Source of the DNA: Rhynchopus sp. YZ270_cl-10
Lineage: Eukaryota
Length of the DNA stretch: 64,000 bases
Reading direction: 5' to 3'
Assembly: GCA_964035575.1 (NCBI GenBank)
Contig: OZ037834.1
Span: 62,001-126,000 of the forward strand
This document shows positions 1 to 12,559 of this stretch, in pieces. The translations under genes and the position numbers were made by a program. How positions within the stretch are numbered: the stretch's first letter is position 1; each line of letters begins with the position of its first letter. The notes below the pieces were generated by a model. That model was not told the origin of the DNA and ran no database searches. It was given only the letters and a program-made list of their open reading frames with translations.

Positions 1-35
1 TCCGTTGCAATGTCGACGTGCAGACAATCACAATA

Positions 36-143
36 CCACTTGATTTTTACCCCGCGTAAAGGCGTGAAAAGGCGCGTATAGGACCGAACAGGTCCGTCCG
101 TACACGCCTTTACGCGCCTATACGCGGGGTAAAGATCAGGTGG
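36..143. mobile_element. MITE, CCAC...GTGG termini, 5-bp TSD
   Basis: TIRs CCACTTGATTTTTACCCCGCGTA / TACGCGGGGTAAAGATCAGGTGG; CAATA directly repeated at 31-35 and 144-148. Confidence 0.85.
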
Positions 144-482
144 CAATAGCTCTGCAAACATCTCGCTAACTGCGGACTGAGCACGAAGCTGGGAGGATTC
201 CGTTCTCGTCACTAGTGGATAACGCTGGTCCTGGGCCAGCACGGCCGCACCGATGCAACCCTGACATCAGCGGACTATGTCGCTCATCTCTGGTGTACCC
301 CAACGCTTGAAAACCGCTACGCGCCAATTAATTACCCTGCAAGGGGAGCGGAAGCTAGCACACTGCCCCCTTCGGGAGTTGCGAAGGGTGCATATGATAT
401 GAACACGCCGTTGCTGTCCGGAAGAGGCTTTCAAAACAGTGGATATTGATCGATGCCCCCGTCGGCTGATGTGAATAAAAAA

Positions 483-775
483 AAGTTGATTTGAAATACA
501 AAGCCCTCTCGTGAACAGTGTACCTTTGGGCGCATTAAAATATGCAAAATATGGGCACAATATGGGCGCCTTTTTTGCCCATATCCGCCCATATGGGCAA
601 AAAAGGCGCCCATATTGCGCCCATATCCTGTTTTTTGGGGTGCCCATATTAGCAGCTGCCCATGAGCGTTCCATCTATGATATAAGTTACTTCAACGTCG
701 TATACACGGCTGTACTGGGGTGGACACCCAAACCATGCAGGCCTACATCTATTTCCGTGGTTTTACATCTGATAT
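483..775. repeat. Copy of dispersed repeat family A (GAACAGTGTACCTTTGGTACAAATGACC...CCATGCAGTCCTACATC), interrupted at ~527-662 by an ATATGGGC/GCCCATAT inverted-repeat insert
   Basis: Matches copies at ~35478-35580, 36378-36490, 41866-41975, 43635-43900, 44838-44935 and 60336-60445. Confidence 0.75.
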
Positions 776-1084
776 GTGTGCTACTCCCGCTTCCACTCAT
801 CAGCCAGATGAACGGGGATCATTGCAAACACAGGGACACGAATCCTGTGTGGTTTAGGGTCCTGTTGGGTTGCGTTGGGACCCCAAAAAAAAAAATGGGG
901 TTAAAATAAGGTTACAAGGGGACAGGTTGGGATATCTAGGGGGGGGAGGATGTGTCAGGGATGTCGTCTTGTTGTTGAGCCTTTTTGTGGCGTGGGGGGT
1001 TGTGGCATCTCTTTGTCGAAAGACAAGGATTCGCTATAGAAAGGTGTGGGGGGAGATGAAACAGCATACTGGCTGCTTGCCCTA

Positions 1085-1338
1085 GGCAATACCCGAAGGC
1101 GAATTCGTATTACCGTCTTCGTAAAAATGTTCGACCGTAATAAAGTTCGTCCTTTTCAGTATTTTTCTGGAAGTTCGTCCTTTTTTACGGGCGAACATTT
1201 TTACGAAGACGGTGACCCTTTCTTCTATATTCGCCTTATATTCGGTCGAATCCGATATCCGATATAGGGCGAATATGGTCCAGGAATTTTGGGAATCCGA
1301 ATATAGGGCGAATACGAATTCGCCTTTGGGATATTGCC
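1085..1338. mobile_element. TA-flanked MITE (GGCAATACCCGAAGGCGAATTCGTATT TIR) carrying a nested CCGT MITE at 1113-1212
   Basis: TIRs at both ends, each flanked by TA in a CTAG context; the un-nested version of the same family is at 17223-17308. Confidence 0.8.
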
Positions 1339-1382
1339 TAGTTGAAGCATGCAGACAGAAGAGGATAACAAAGAAAGGTTTA

Positions 1383-1712
1383 CCGTATTCGTAAAAATGT
1401 TCGACCGTAAAAAAGGACGAACTTCCAGAAAAATACTGAAAAAGACGAACATTAGTACGGTCGAACATGTTTGCGGTATTTTTTTGTGATAGTGGTGTGG
1501 CCAGAATTCAAAAAAATGTACTTCTAATGTACCCCAAAAACCGGGTTTCGGGCCACACCACTATCACAAAAAAATTTCTACCACCAACTGTACTTATGTT
1601 CGACCGTAAAAAAGGACGAACTCCAGAAAAATCCGGAAAAGGACGAACTTTATTACGGTCGAACATATTTACGGTCGAATATTAGTACGGTCGAATATAT
1701 TTACGAATACGG
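1383..1712. mobile_element. Tc1/mariner-pogo(Tc2)-type MITE with CCGTATTCGTAAA TIR and TA TSD; contains a nested inverted-repeat insert at ~1480-1575
   Basis: TA|CCGTATTCGTAAA ... TTTACGAATACGG|TA; internal TGTTCGACCGTAA subrepeats shared with 1113-1212. Confidence 0.8.
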
Positions 1713-2521
1713 TATAAGATGATCCTAAGCCTCTTTGTGCTTAGTCACCTTCAACAAAAGAGGTTCAAGGTGCAAAACGCCTCACCGGGCACACCGGCGG
1801 ACGCAGGGTACTGAAAAAAAAAAGAAGTGAAATAAAGTGAATTTTGACACTGTGTAGATCAAGGCGAATGCTGCAGGCTAAATAAAAGCTAAATAAAGGA
1901 ACACATGAAGATGCGTTTTTGAAACAGGGTTACGACGTGCACAACCTCGCTGTGGAGACGAGGTAAAAGAAGAAGAACATGGTGTGTACTCAAATATGTC
2001 ACCAAAAAAAAAATAGGGGCTAGACTACGTATCGATCCTCATCAGGACGCAAGTTCAAAAGATTTCCCGTCCTCTTCAAGATAGGTTGCAGTAAGGCAAT
2101 CAGACTCGCTGAATGCGCCACAGATGGGTTACGGTTTGCTAGGTGCTCCACAGGGGGTTCTTTTCGTACACATGGCTCCCACCCCCTGTGGGCATACCTG
2201 CTGTGTGGTAATGAAGACCCACAGAAACAATAGAGAGATTGACAGCGCAACACGCCTCTGGGACGCAGGGCACTGACTCTCTGTGGGGATCTGGAAGAAA
2301 ACAGAGTGGAGATTTGCACAAAACTGTGGCAACACAACCCCGAGGCAACTACAGTACTCCAAACAATTTGTCAAAAAAAAAAGAGGGGCTGAGAAAGTCT
2401 ACCATATCAAGCCCTCTCGTGGCTGTGTACCTATGGGGGTGTGTGGAGATGTCACACTGTAGTTGAAAACGTACTAAAACGCATCTCAGTCTAGCGCATG
2501 CAAAGGGTGCAAACAAAAGAA

Positions 2522-2598
2522 TAGTTGATACAGGCGCACCTCCGACCCACTGTACGATGCCAGCCATCCGAATGAAAGCACAAAAAGACCCTGCGGCC
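2522..2598. repeat. ~80-bp dispersed repeat family B (possibly a structured RNA or SINE)
   Basis: GTTGAT.CAGGC..ACCTCCGAC..CCACTGTACGATGCCAGCCATCCG.ATGAAAGCAC..ACCCTGCGGCC; other copies at ~30956-31020, 61484-61565 and 62171-62251. Confidence 0.75.
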
Positions 2599-3169
2599 AA
2601 CTAAAACAAGACACGCAAAGACTAAGACAAAAACTCCTACCCGAGGAGGGCCTGAAAGATGATGCTGTGTGCAGCGCTGTGCAGGGTACAAACACAGCCA
2701 TCCCTACTTGAGGGGACAACCCACCCCACATGAAGCCACTCAAAACACCTTACCCCCAGTGTCCCCGGAAACACATTTTGTGACATTTTTTTACGTTTGT
2801 ATTCGATCCAAAAACACCACCTGGGATATTGATTTTCTCTACGAGGGTTGGCAAAGTGGGGGTACACACACACAACAGTGAAGTAAATGACTTGAGACTT
2901 GTGGTTTTACCGGAAGACAAATGGTGAAGTAAAACCACAACCTCAAAACCACTTTACCTCCCCATCGCTACAATGTGCACGCCACGCAGCAATCCTCTCG
3001 TCCAAAGGGTGCTGCCCTGTATACTATAGTACATGGGGTTTATAGGTTGAGGTGGGGTGCTATGCATCACTCCTCTTAAGACCAGGCGCAAGCTTAAGAG
3101 CGACTCTAATGGGTCGGTCTCGTGGGACTTGTCTTACGGCCGATCGAATTGAGACGTGACTTTTTCTTA

Positions 3170-3315
3170 ACGACCTCAGCAGTTGCAGATCTACGCGCTG
3201 AACTTAAGCATATCACTCAGCGCAGGAAAAGAAAGCAACAGCGATGCTCCTAGTAACGGCGAGTGAACAGGGCAGAGCCCAAGCCTGAACCGGCAATTTG
3301 TCGGCATGTGGTGCA
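3170..3315 (+). pseudogene. 5' end of LSU (28S-type) rRNA, truncated by a TIR-element insertion
   Basis: Conserved LSU 5' motifs GACCTCAG, CGCTGAACTTAAGCATATCACTCAGCGCAGGAAAAGAAA and CTAGTAACGGCGAGTGAA. Confidence 0.9.
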
Positions 3316-6300
3316 CACGACGGTGAAGTAACGGGTGTTACAAGTGGGGTTACATGTAACTTTTGTTACATGTAACCCCACTTGTAACCCACTTGTAACT
3401 CACTTGTAACTCACTTGTAACTCACTTGTAACCCACTTGTAACCCACTTGTAACTCACTTGTAACCCACTTGTAACTCACTTGTAACTCACTTGTAACTC
3501 ACTTGTAACTCACTTGTAACCCACTTGTAACTCACTTGTAACCCACTTGTAACCCACTTGTAACTCACTTGTAACTCACTTGTAACTCACTTGTAACTCA
3601 CTTGTAACCCACTTGTAACCCACTTGTAACTCACTTGTAACCCACTTGTAACTCACTTGTAACTCACTTGTAACTCACTTGTAACTCACTTGTAACTCAC
3701 TTGTAACTCACTTGTAACTCACTTGTAACCCACTTGTAACCCACTTGTAACCCACTTGTAACCCACTTGTAACCCACTTGTAACCCACTTGTAACTCACT
3801 TGTAACTCACTTGTAACTCACTTGTAACTCACTTGTAACTCACTTGTAACCCACTTGTAACCCACTTGTAACCCACTTGTAACCCACTTGTAACCCACTT
3901 GTAACCCACTTGTAACCCACTTGTAACCCACTTGTAACTCACTTGTAACCCACTTGTAACTCACTTGTAACTCACTTGTAACTCACTTGTAACCCACTTG
4001 TAACTCACTTGTAACTCACTTGTAACTCACTTGTAACTCACTTGTAACCCACTTGTAACTCACTTGTAACTCACTTGTAACCCACTTGTAACTCACTTGT
4101 AACTCACTTGTAACTCACTTGTAACCCACTTGTAACCCACTTGTAACCCACTTGTAACTCACTTGTAACCCACTTGTAACTCACTTGTAACTCACTTGTA
4201 ACCCACTTGTAACTCACTTGTAACTCACTTGTAACTCACTTGTAACCCACTTGTAACCCACTTGTAACCCACTTGTAACCCACTTGTAACCCACTTGTAA
4301 CCCACTTGTAACTCACTTGTAACCCACTTGTAACTCACTTGTAACCCACTTGTAACTCACTTGTAACTCACTTGTAACTCACTTGTAACTCACTTGTAAC
4401 CCACTTGTAACTCACTTGTAACTCACTTGTAACTCACTTGTAACCCACTTGTAACCCACTTGTAACCCACTTGTAACTCACTTGTAACCCACTTGTAACT
4501 CACTTGTAACTCACTTGTAACCCACTTGTAACTCACTTGTAACTCACTTGTAACTCACTTGTAACCCACTTGTAACCCACTTGTAACCCACTTGTAACTC
4601 ACTTGTAACTCACTTGTAACTCACTTGTAACCCACTTGTAACTCACTTGTAACCCACTTGTAACTCACTTGTAACTCACTTGTAACTCACTTGTAACCCA
4701 CTTGTAACCCACTTGTAACCCACTTGTAACTCACTTGTAACCCACTTGTAACTCACTTGTAACTCACTTGTAACTCACTTGTAACCCACTTGTAACCCAC
4801 TTGTAACCCACTTGTAACTCACTTGTAACTCACTTGTAACCCACTTGTAACCCACTTGTAACCCACTTGTAACCCACTTGTAACTCACTTGTAACTCACT
4901 TGTAACTCACTTGTAACCCACTTGTAACCCACTTGTAACCCACTTGTAACCCACTTGTAACTCACTTGTAACTCACTTGTAACCCACTTGTAACTCACTT
5001 GTAACTCACTTGTAACCCACTTGTAACCCACTTGTAACCCACTTGTAACCCACTTGTAACCCACTTGTAACCCACTTGTAACTCACTTGTAACTCACTTG
5101 TAACCCACTTGTAACTCACTTGTAACTCACTTGTAACCCACTTGTAACTCACTTGTAACCCACTTGTAACTCACTTGTAACTCACTTGTAACCCACTTGT
5201 AACTCACTTGTAACTCACTTGTAACTCACTTGTAACCCACTTGTAACCCACTTGTAACCCACTTGTAACTCACTTGTAACTCACTTGTAACTCACTTGTA
5301 ACCCACTTGTAACTCACTTGTAACCCACTTGTAACTCACTTGTAACTCACTTGTAACTCACTTGTAACCCACTTGTAACCCACTTGTAACCCACTTGTAA
5401 CTCACTTGTAACCCACTTGTAACTCACTTGTAACTCACTTGTAACTCACTTGTAACCCACTTGTAACCCACTTGTAACCCACTTGTAACTCACTTGTAAC
5501 TCACTTGTAACCCACTTGTAACCCACTTGTAACCCACTTGTAACCCACTTGTAACTCACTTGTAACTCACTTGTAACTCACTTGTAACCCACTTGTAACC
5601 CACTTGTAACCCACTTGTAACCCACTTGTAACTCACTTGTAACTCACTTGTAACCCACTTGTAACTCACTTGTAACTCACTTGTAACCCACTTGTAACCC
5701 ACTTGTAACCCACTTGTAACCCACTTGTAACCCACTTGTAACCCACTTGTAACTCACTTGTAACTCACTTGTAACCCACTTGTAACTCACTTGTAACTCA
5801 CTTGTAACCCACTTGTAACCCACTTGTAACCCACTTGTAACCCACTTGTAACCCACTTGTAACCCACTTGTAACCCACTTGTAACTCACTTGTAACCCAC
5901 TTGTAACTCACTTGTAACTCACTTGTAACTCACTTGTAACCCACTTGTAACTCACTTGTAACTCACTTGTAACTCACTTGTAACCCACTTGTAACCCACT
6001 TGTAACTCACTTGTAACCCACTTGTAACTCACTTGTAACTCACTTGTAACCCACTTGTAACTCACTTGTAACTCACTTGTAACCCACTTGTAACTCACTT
6101 GTAACTCACTTGTAACTCACTTGTAACTCACTTGTAACCCACTTGTAACCCACTTGTAACTCACTTGTAACTCACTTGTAACCCACTTGTAACCCACTTG
6201 TAACTCACTTGTAACCCACTTGTAACTCACTTGTAACTCACTTGTAACCCACTTGTAACTCACTTGTAACTCACTTGTAACCCACTTGTAACTCACTTGT

Positions 6301-8322
6301 AACTCACTTGTAACTCACTTGTAACTCACTTGTAACCCACTTGTAACCCACTTGTAACTCACTTGTAACTCACTTGTAACCCACTTGTAACTCACTTGTA
6401 ACTCACTTGTAACTCACTTGTAACCCACTTGTAACCCACTTGTAACTCACTTGTAACCCACTTGTAACCCACTTGTAACTCACTTGTAACCCACTTGTAA
6501 CCCACTTGTAACTCACTTGTAACCCACTTGTAACTCACTTGTAACTCACTTGTAACTCACTTGTAACCCACTTGTAACTCACTTGTAACTCACTTGTAAC
6601 TCACTTGTAACCCACTTGTAACCCACTTGTAACTCACTTGTAACCCACTTGTAACTCACTTGTAACTCACTTGTAACCCACTTGTAACCCACTTGTAACT
6701 CACTTGTAACTCACTTGTAACTCACTTGTAACCCACTTGTAACTCACTTGTAACTCACTTGTAACCCACTTGTAACTCACTTGTAACTCACTTGTAACCC
6801 ACTTGTAACTCACTTGTAACTCACTTGTAACTCACTTGTAACTCACTTGTAACTCACTTGTAACCCACTTGTAACCCACTTGTAACCCACTTGTAACTCA
6901 CTTGTAACTCACTTGTAACTCACTTGTAACTCACTTGTAACCCACTTGTAACTCACTTGTAACTCACTTGTAACTCACTTGTAACTCACTTGTAACCCAC
7001 TTGTAACCCACTTGCAACCCACTTGTAACCCACTTGTAACCCACTTGTAACCCACTTGTAACCCACTTGTAACCCACTTGTAACCCACTTGTAACTCACT
7101 TGTAACTCACTTGTAACCCACTTGTAACCCACTTGTAACCCACTTGTAACCCACTTGTAACCCACTTGTAACTCACTTGTAACTCACTTGTAACCCACTT
7201 GTAACCCACTTGTAACCCACTTGTAACTCACTTGTAACCCACTTGTAACTCACTTGTAACTCACTTGTAACCCACTTGTAACTCACTTGTAACTCACTTG
7301 TAACTCACTTGTAACCCACTTGTAACCCACTTGTAACCCACTTGTAACCCACTTGTAACCCACTTGTAACCCACTTGTAACTCACTTGTAACCCACTTGT
7401 AACTCACTTGTAACCCACTTGTAACTCACTTGTAACTCACTTGTAACTCACTTGTAACTCACTTGTAACCCACTTGTAACTCACTTGTAACTCACTTGTA
7501 ACTCACTTGTAACCCACTTGTAACCCACTTGTAACCCACTTGTAACTCACTTGTAACCCACTTGTAACTCACTTGTAACTCACTTGTAACCCACTTGTAA
7601 CTCACTTGTAACTCACTTGTAACTCACTTGTAACCCACTTGTAACCCACTTGTAACCCACTTGTAACTCACTTGTAACTCACTTGTAACTCACTTGTAAC
7701 CCACTTGTAACTCACTTGTAACCCACTTGTAACTCACTTGTAACTCACTTGTAACTCACTTGTAACCCACTTGTAACCCACTTGTAACCCACTTGTAACT
7801 CACTTGTAACCCACTTGTAACCCACTTGTAACCCACTTGTAACCCACTTGTAACCCACTTGTAACCCACTTGTAACCCACTTGTAACCCACTTGTAACCC
7901 ACTTGTAACCCACTTGTAACCCACTTGTAACCCACTTGTAACCCACTTGTAACCCACTTGTAACTCACTTGTAACCCACTTGTAACCCACTTGTAACCCA
8001 CTTGTAACTCACTTGTAACTCACTTGTAACCCACTTGTAACCCACTTGTAACCCACTTGTAACCCACTTGTAACTCACTTGTAACTCACTTGTAACCCAC
8101 TTGTAACCCACTTGTAACCCACTTGTAACCCACTTGTAACCCACTTGTAACCCACTTGTAACCCACTTGTAACCCACTTGTAACCCACTTGTAACCCACT
8201 TGTAACCCACTTGTAACCCACTTGTAACCCACTTGTAACCCACTTGTAACCCACTTGTAACTCACTTGTAACGGTTTTTCACTTGTAACGTTACTTGTAA
8301 TGTAACATACTTCACCGTCGTG
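3316..8322. mobile_element. Non-autonomous CAC...GTG TIR element whose interior is an 11-bp satellite
   Basis: CACGACGGTGAAGTA at 3316 and TACTTCACCGTCGTG ending at 8322; subterminal GTTACAAGTG motifs. Confidence 0.85.
3372..8271. repeat. Satellite (CACTTGTAACY)n, about 445 units of 11 bp
   Basis: Uninterrupted tandem array with two variants (C or T at one position); one TGCAAC variant near 7014. Confidence 0.98.
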
Positions 8323-8333
8323 CATTGCACCTT

Positions 8334-10553
8334 CACGACGGTGAAGTAACGGGTGTTACAAGTGGAGTTACAAGTGAGTTACTAGTAACTTTTGTTACAT
8401 GTAAAGTTACAAGTGCCACTTGTAATATACACGTATATTACATGTACCCATGTATATATTACACTGTACACGCAGCAAATCCCTCATCCACACTCACGCA
8501 GAACCCATATTTCTCAAAAAAAAAAGACACGTTTTTAACTATGTCCCGTACTTCCAGCAAGCGGACTGCGCCAGACACACGGTTGTCACCACAGAGAATC
8601 GAATCCAGAGCATGTTTGTGTCGTTCGCGGTCCTGGCTCTGTGGGAGGACAGACGCGCCCCTACCCTCAGTCTTCTCATTTGTGGCTGGTGGGTAGGAGG
8701 GGGACCAGAAGAATGCACCGAGGTCCCAGGTCCTTGAACTGGACCAAGACACAGGCGGGCAAGCTCCGTCGGCGCAAGACGCCCTGCAAACGTCCGCCCT
8801 CTCTGGTCGCAGTCCCATGTCTTCGCAGGATAAGGGTTGCCGATGCTGTGAGAGGAGCGTGAATCCGGTCGTGTTGATAGCCCCAGGCTGTGAAAACATA
8901 AAAAACACGGACCTAAAAGACGCGGAGGTTTTCAAGCGTCCAACGGTAGGCATAGCCCTATGTGAAGGTCACTACGAGACGATCGGCCCACAGCGGAGGA
9001 GGGGGATGTCCGAGATGTGTCGACGGCTTTGTTGAGGATCGCAGTCAGAGCGACGCTGAACCCCTTGGACCTGGATCAGCGCCCCATGTCGACCTCGAAC
9101 CCCGGGGAAGCTTTTGAGCTATGCTTGGGTAAGCCAGAGGAGGACTTCTGCTTCTGCCCGGTGGAGGGGTGCAAAAAGGGAATCATCGCACAGACGGACG
9201 TGAAGTCTTTCACCCGCGATCAGCTTCTGGGGCACTTGAGACGCCACAAAGACAAGGAAGAGTAGGTTCTGTCTTTCTTCGGCTACAAAAGATGCGTCAG
9301 TGAGGACTGTTTTGCCCTCCTGAAGAAATCACAGAGCGCATGCAGGAGCTGTACACACCTCATGAAAAAGGTGCCCCTGCCAGGGATCGAGGAACGCCTC
9401 ACGCATGCCCTGAGGGAATGCCCACACTGGACATGATTGGCACAACCAGGTTCAAGCTGAAGGGGACTTGCCCACCAGACCTTCTCCATCGCTACACCCT
9501 TATCTTTCAGAGGGTTCTAGCATCAGGATAAGAGGGCTTGGACCAAGTTTGCTGTGTTCTTCACCGTCCTGCACAGGGACCGTGGGGGGGGGGGGGGGGG
9601 GGGGACGAGCTGGGTCACAAGAGGCCAAACGGAGGTGCTACAACTCCTGGAGACAGGACCTAGACTGGTGGGATGCGGGTGAGTGGTCGAATATGTGGGA
9701 GCGAGCTCTGTCTGAAGTGCAAGCACGGCCGAAGTGGACGCCAGGTGACACGTTGGAGGCTCGCCAGAAACGTTCCCGCGTGAAAACGGCTGCAGGACTC
9801 CCTGGCCAAGCGCTGACCGCCCTCACCAGCGACGGCCTCGCCCCTCACGGACCGGAAACGTTGGCTAAACTGAAGGGTAAGCACCCAGCCTTTCGGAACA
9901 CTGTAGGGAGTACATGCAGCGCAAGCTTGACGAGTCGAAGCGGAACCTCGAGGCTCTTAAAGACCTCAAGGACTCACAGCATGCGTTCTACATCTTGCGC
10001 TTCTGTGAGGGTTTCTGCAAGATGGTGTTCTACATGCGTGGAATATCATGCGTGGACCTAGGGGAGGACTACCTTCGGGACTTTGACGCGGAGGTGGACA
10101 AGTGTTTGGCGGCGGTCCTGCACGATGAGCATGGGAAGATTCCGGAGCTGGCCCGCCTGCAGGCAGCGCTCCCCATCGCCATCGGAGGCCTAGGCGTACG
10201 TCGCACTGCGGATCACTGGCCGGCAGCGGTCCTAGCGTCGCAGGCGGGGTGCCTCAAACTTGCCACGCAGTTGGACCCCGATTTTGAATGGGACCAAACC
10301 AGGTGGAAGAATGCATTCGTCGTTTAAAAAAAAAATTCTGTCGTACTGATCCGGGTACATGTAACCGGCTCCTCCCCGCAGACCGTACTGTGTTAAATAC
10401 CACCCAGCCCCACCAAACACCACCAATTTCAGGCAGAATCAGGTGGTGGTGCATGTAATATACATGGAACGTTACAAGTGGCACTTGTAACGGTTTTTCA
10501 CTTGTAACGTTACAAGTAACTTCACTTGTAATGTACTATACTTCACCGTCGTG
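8334..10553. mobile_element. Second copy of the CACGACGGTGAAG TIR element, containing a retroelement fragment
   Basis: Same TIRs and CACTTGTAA subterminal motifs as 3316-8322; separated from the first copy by 11 bp. Confidence 0.85.
8560..10335 (+). pseudogene. Degenerate, internally deleted CRE/SLACS-like non-LTR retrotransposon fragment
   Basis: C2H2-like CPVEGC...LLGHLRRH; pre-RT segment GQALTAL...LKGKHP; post-RT segment AFYILRFC...DFDAEV...LPIAIGGLGVR; stops and frameshifts; RT core absent; A-run at ~10326. Confidence 0.7.
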
Positions 10554-10810
10554 CAGGTATGTGGACACAGCACACATCGGTCCTAAGGCAAGGTGTTACA
10601 TGCTCGCCTCAAAGCTACAATCTCACAGTGCTTCGTTGTAGGATTGCCGAAAGGGAAAGCGTGAACATTCCGCTACCTGAATGCAGAGAATGAGTGGCAA
10701 CACATTGGCTATCCTGTTGACCATTTCCACTGGACAGTCGGTCCTAAGGCAAGGTGTTGTAGGATTACCGAAAGGGAAAAGCGTAGAAACACAGACCAAG
10801 GAGTCTAACG
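10554..10810 (+). pseudogene. Scrambled LSU rRNA fragments
   Basis: GAAACACAGACCAAGGAGTCTAAC (cf. conserved GAAACACGGACCAAGGAGTCTAAC), TCGGTCCTAAG (twice) and CCGAAAGGGAAA (twice). Confidence 0.7.
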
Positions 10811-11929
10811 ACACAGAGGTAACCTACCGCACGGCTTTTACTTTTTTATTCTTCCGACGAATTCCTCCACACAAAACCTTGCAGCAACCAACGCCCGAGG
10901 CAGCTGCCACCCCTCATCCCAAGAAGGGTGGAGGTTTCCTCCCCCCGCTGATACGATCGTGGATATGGACACAGCCTCTTGCTGCTTCCATGACCCATAC
11001 ACTTCTTCCTTAGAGAACAGCCATGCTATTGTATACATATGGACTCGTCCGGAAACCCCTCTGGTAAGATTCATCCTTTTGGGTATTTTTGGGTTTTTTT
11101 GATGATGTCCCCCACAAAAAGTGCATCTAGGTGATATTCTGATATGAAAATAGGTTTTTGGGGGGGTCTGAGGCTATATTTTCGCTTTTTAATCAGATTT
11201 TCAGCCTTTTATTGTCGTTCTTCTGGATCTCTTCTCTCTTTCTCTTAATCCTGCCATGCCGCCTTGACAAGGTTTCATTGACCTCTGTCAAATCTACTGG
11301 ATCAATGCCAGGGACTTTTGCTTTGCGGGTCACCTTGGATGTGGAGACTCCATAGTAAATACAGGTTCCCTCCATGTCAGAGTACACGCTGAAATGACAC
11401 GACTGTTGCTCGGGTAGCAGTACACAGAAGAAAAGAGATTGATGGAAAGAAGGGTGCACTGATACGTATGAGTACGAGGGAATGAGATAACAAAGGCCTC
11501 TGTGTGGGGAAGCTCGCGCAGGGCACCGACAATGACCCCTACGGTAAGGATCTCCTGACAACAAGAATCATCAGAGAGATGGTTCGAAACGACACCAAGT
11601 GTGCGTCGCACCCATTCTTACCGTGTTTCTCGACAAAAAAGTGAACTTCACTGCTGTCATTGCCACGTTTATGAAATGTCCAAAAATACGTAAAAAAATA
11701 TAAGTAAAAAGGGGGGGAGCGGAAATAAACAAAATAATGATCAAAATATGCCCTCTGGGGTGGTAGGTGTATGGCGGGTATCAAAAAATTGGGTTGTTTG
11801 GGTGTTTTGAGCAGAAAAACCTCAAAAAACCCCCAAAAGGATGAATCTTACCAGGAGGGTTTCCGGACGGACCCATATAGCTGCCCCCCTCTCACCACGA
11901 AGTGCAGGCTCACTGCACCAGGCAAGGCA

Positions 11930-12330
11930 CTCAGCACGTCTCTCCACATATGAGGACAACACGCAGTCCTCTCTAGCTGATCCGCCCTTTGGAGGTGATG
12001 GACGGTGTTCGTGAGAACGAACGACGTTGCTTGAAGAACCCCGACAAGCTTCACGGTTTTGATAAAGGCGTGCGTTTGTGGTTTGTGGAGAAAAAGCAGT
12101 GCAGGCTGGTAGCGCCCAACCGAAGGCAGAGGAAAAGGAAGCCACCCATTGATGGATGGCAAAAGCTGTAGGGCAGATGAGCGCAAGCAGATAGACTCGG
12201 ATGGGCCCCCAGCAAAGAGGAGATCCGCGAGTTCATTGTGAAGAACATAAGGGACGACGTCGGCATGACGGCGGGGAGGTGGCAGGAGGTTCGCGAAGGT
12301 AAGCCTGCAAGGGACATTTGTGTGCACTCT
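11930..12330 (+). pseudogene. Possible pogo/CENP-B-type HTH transposase remnant
   Basis: Stop-interrupted frame containing LGWAPSKEEIREFIVKNI...GKP; weak resemblance only. Confidence 0.3.
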
Positions 12331-12559
12331 AATCACGAACCTGGAGGTTGCCCACTATGCTAGAAAGAGCATACGGTAACACTTCTGTTGTCACCCTCGC
12401 TCCAGTTCCGGTAGGGAGCAGTGATGTTGGGGACGGTGAGTCAAAAATCATGGACATTTTTTGCATTTTCTTTGATTTTTGTCCAAGTGTCAAATGAACG
12501 AAAGCAAGTGACACTCTCCGTTGCTAAGGGTAAGCTTGTCGTTTAGACGGCTGAGGAGG

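Noticed and set aside
150..310. Minus-strand RT-like GVxQG..SPL motif
   Set aside because: The match requires frameshifts and is too weak to support a call
3372..8271. CRISPR-like array, or YKWVTSGLQVG ORFs
   Set aside because: There are no unique spacers or cas genes; the ORFs are read-through of the 11-mer satellite
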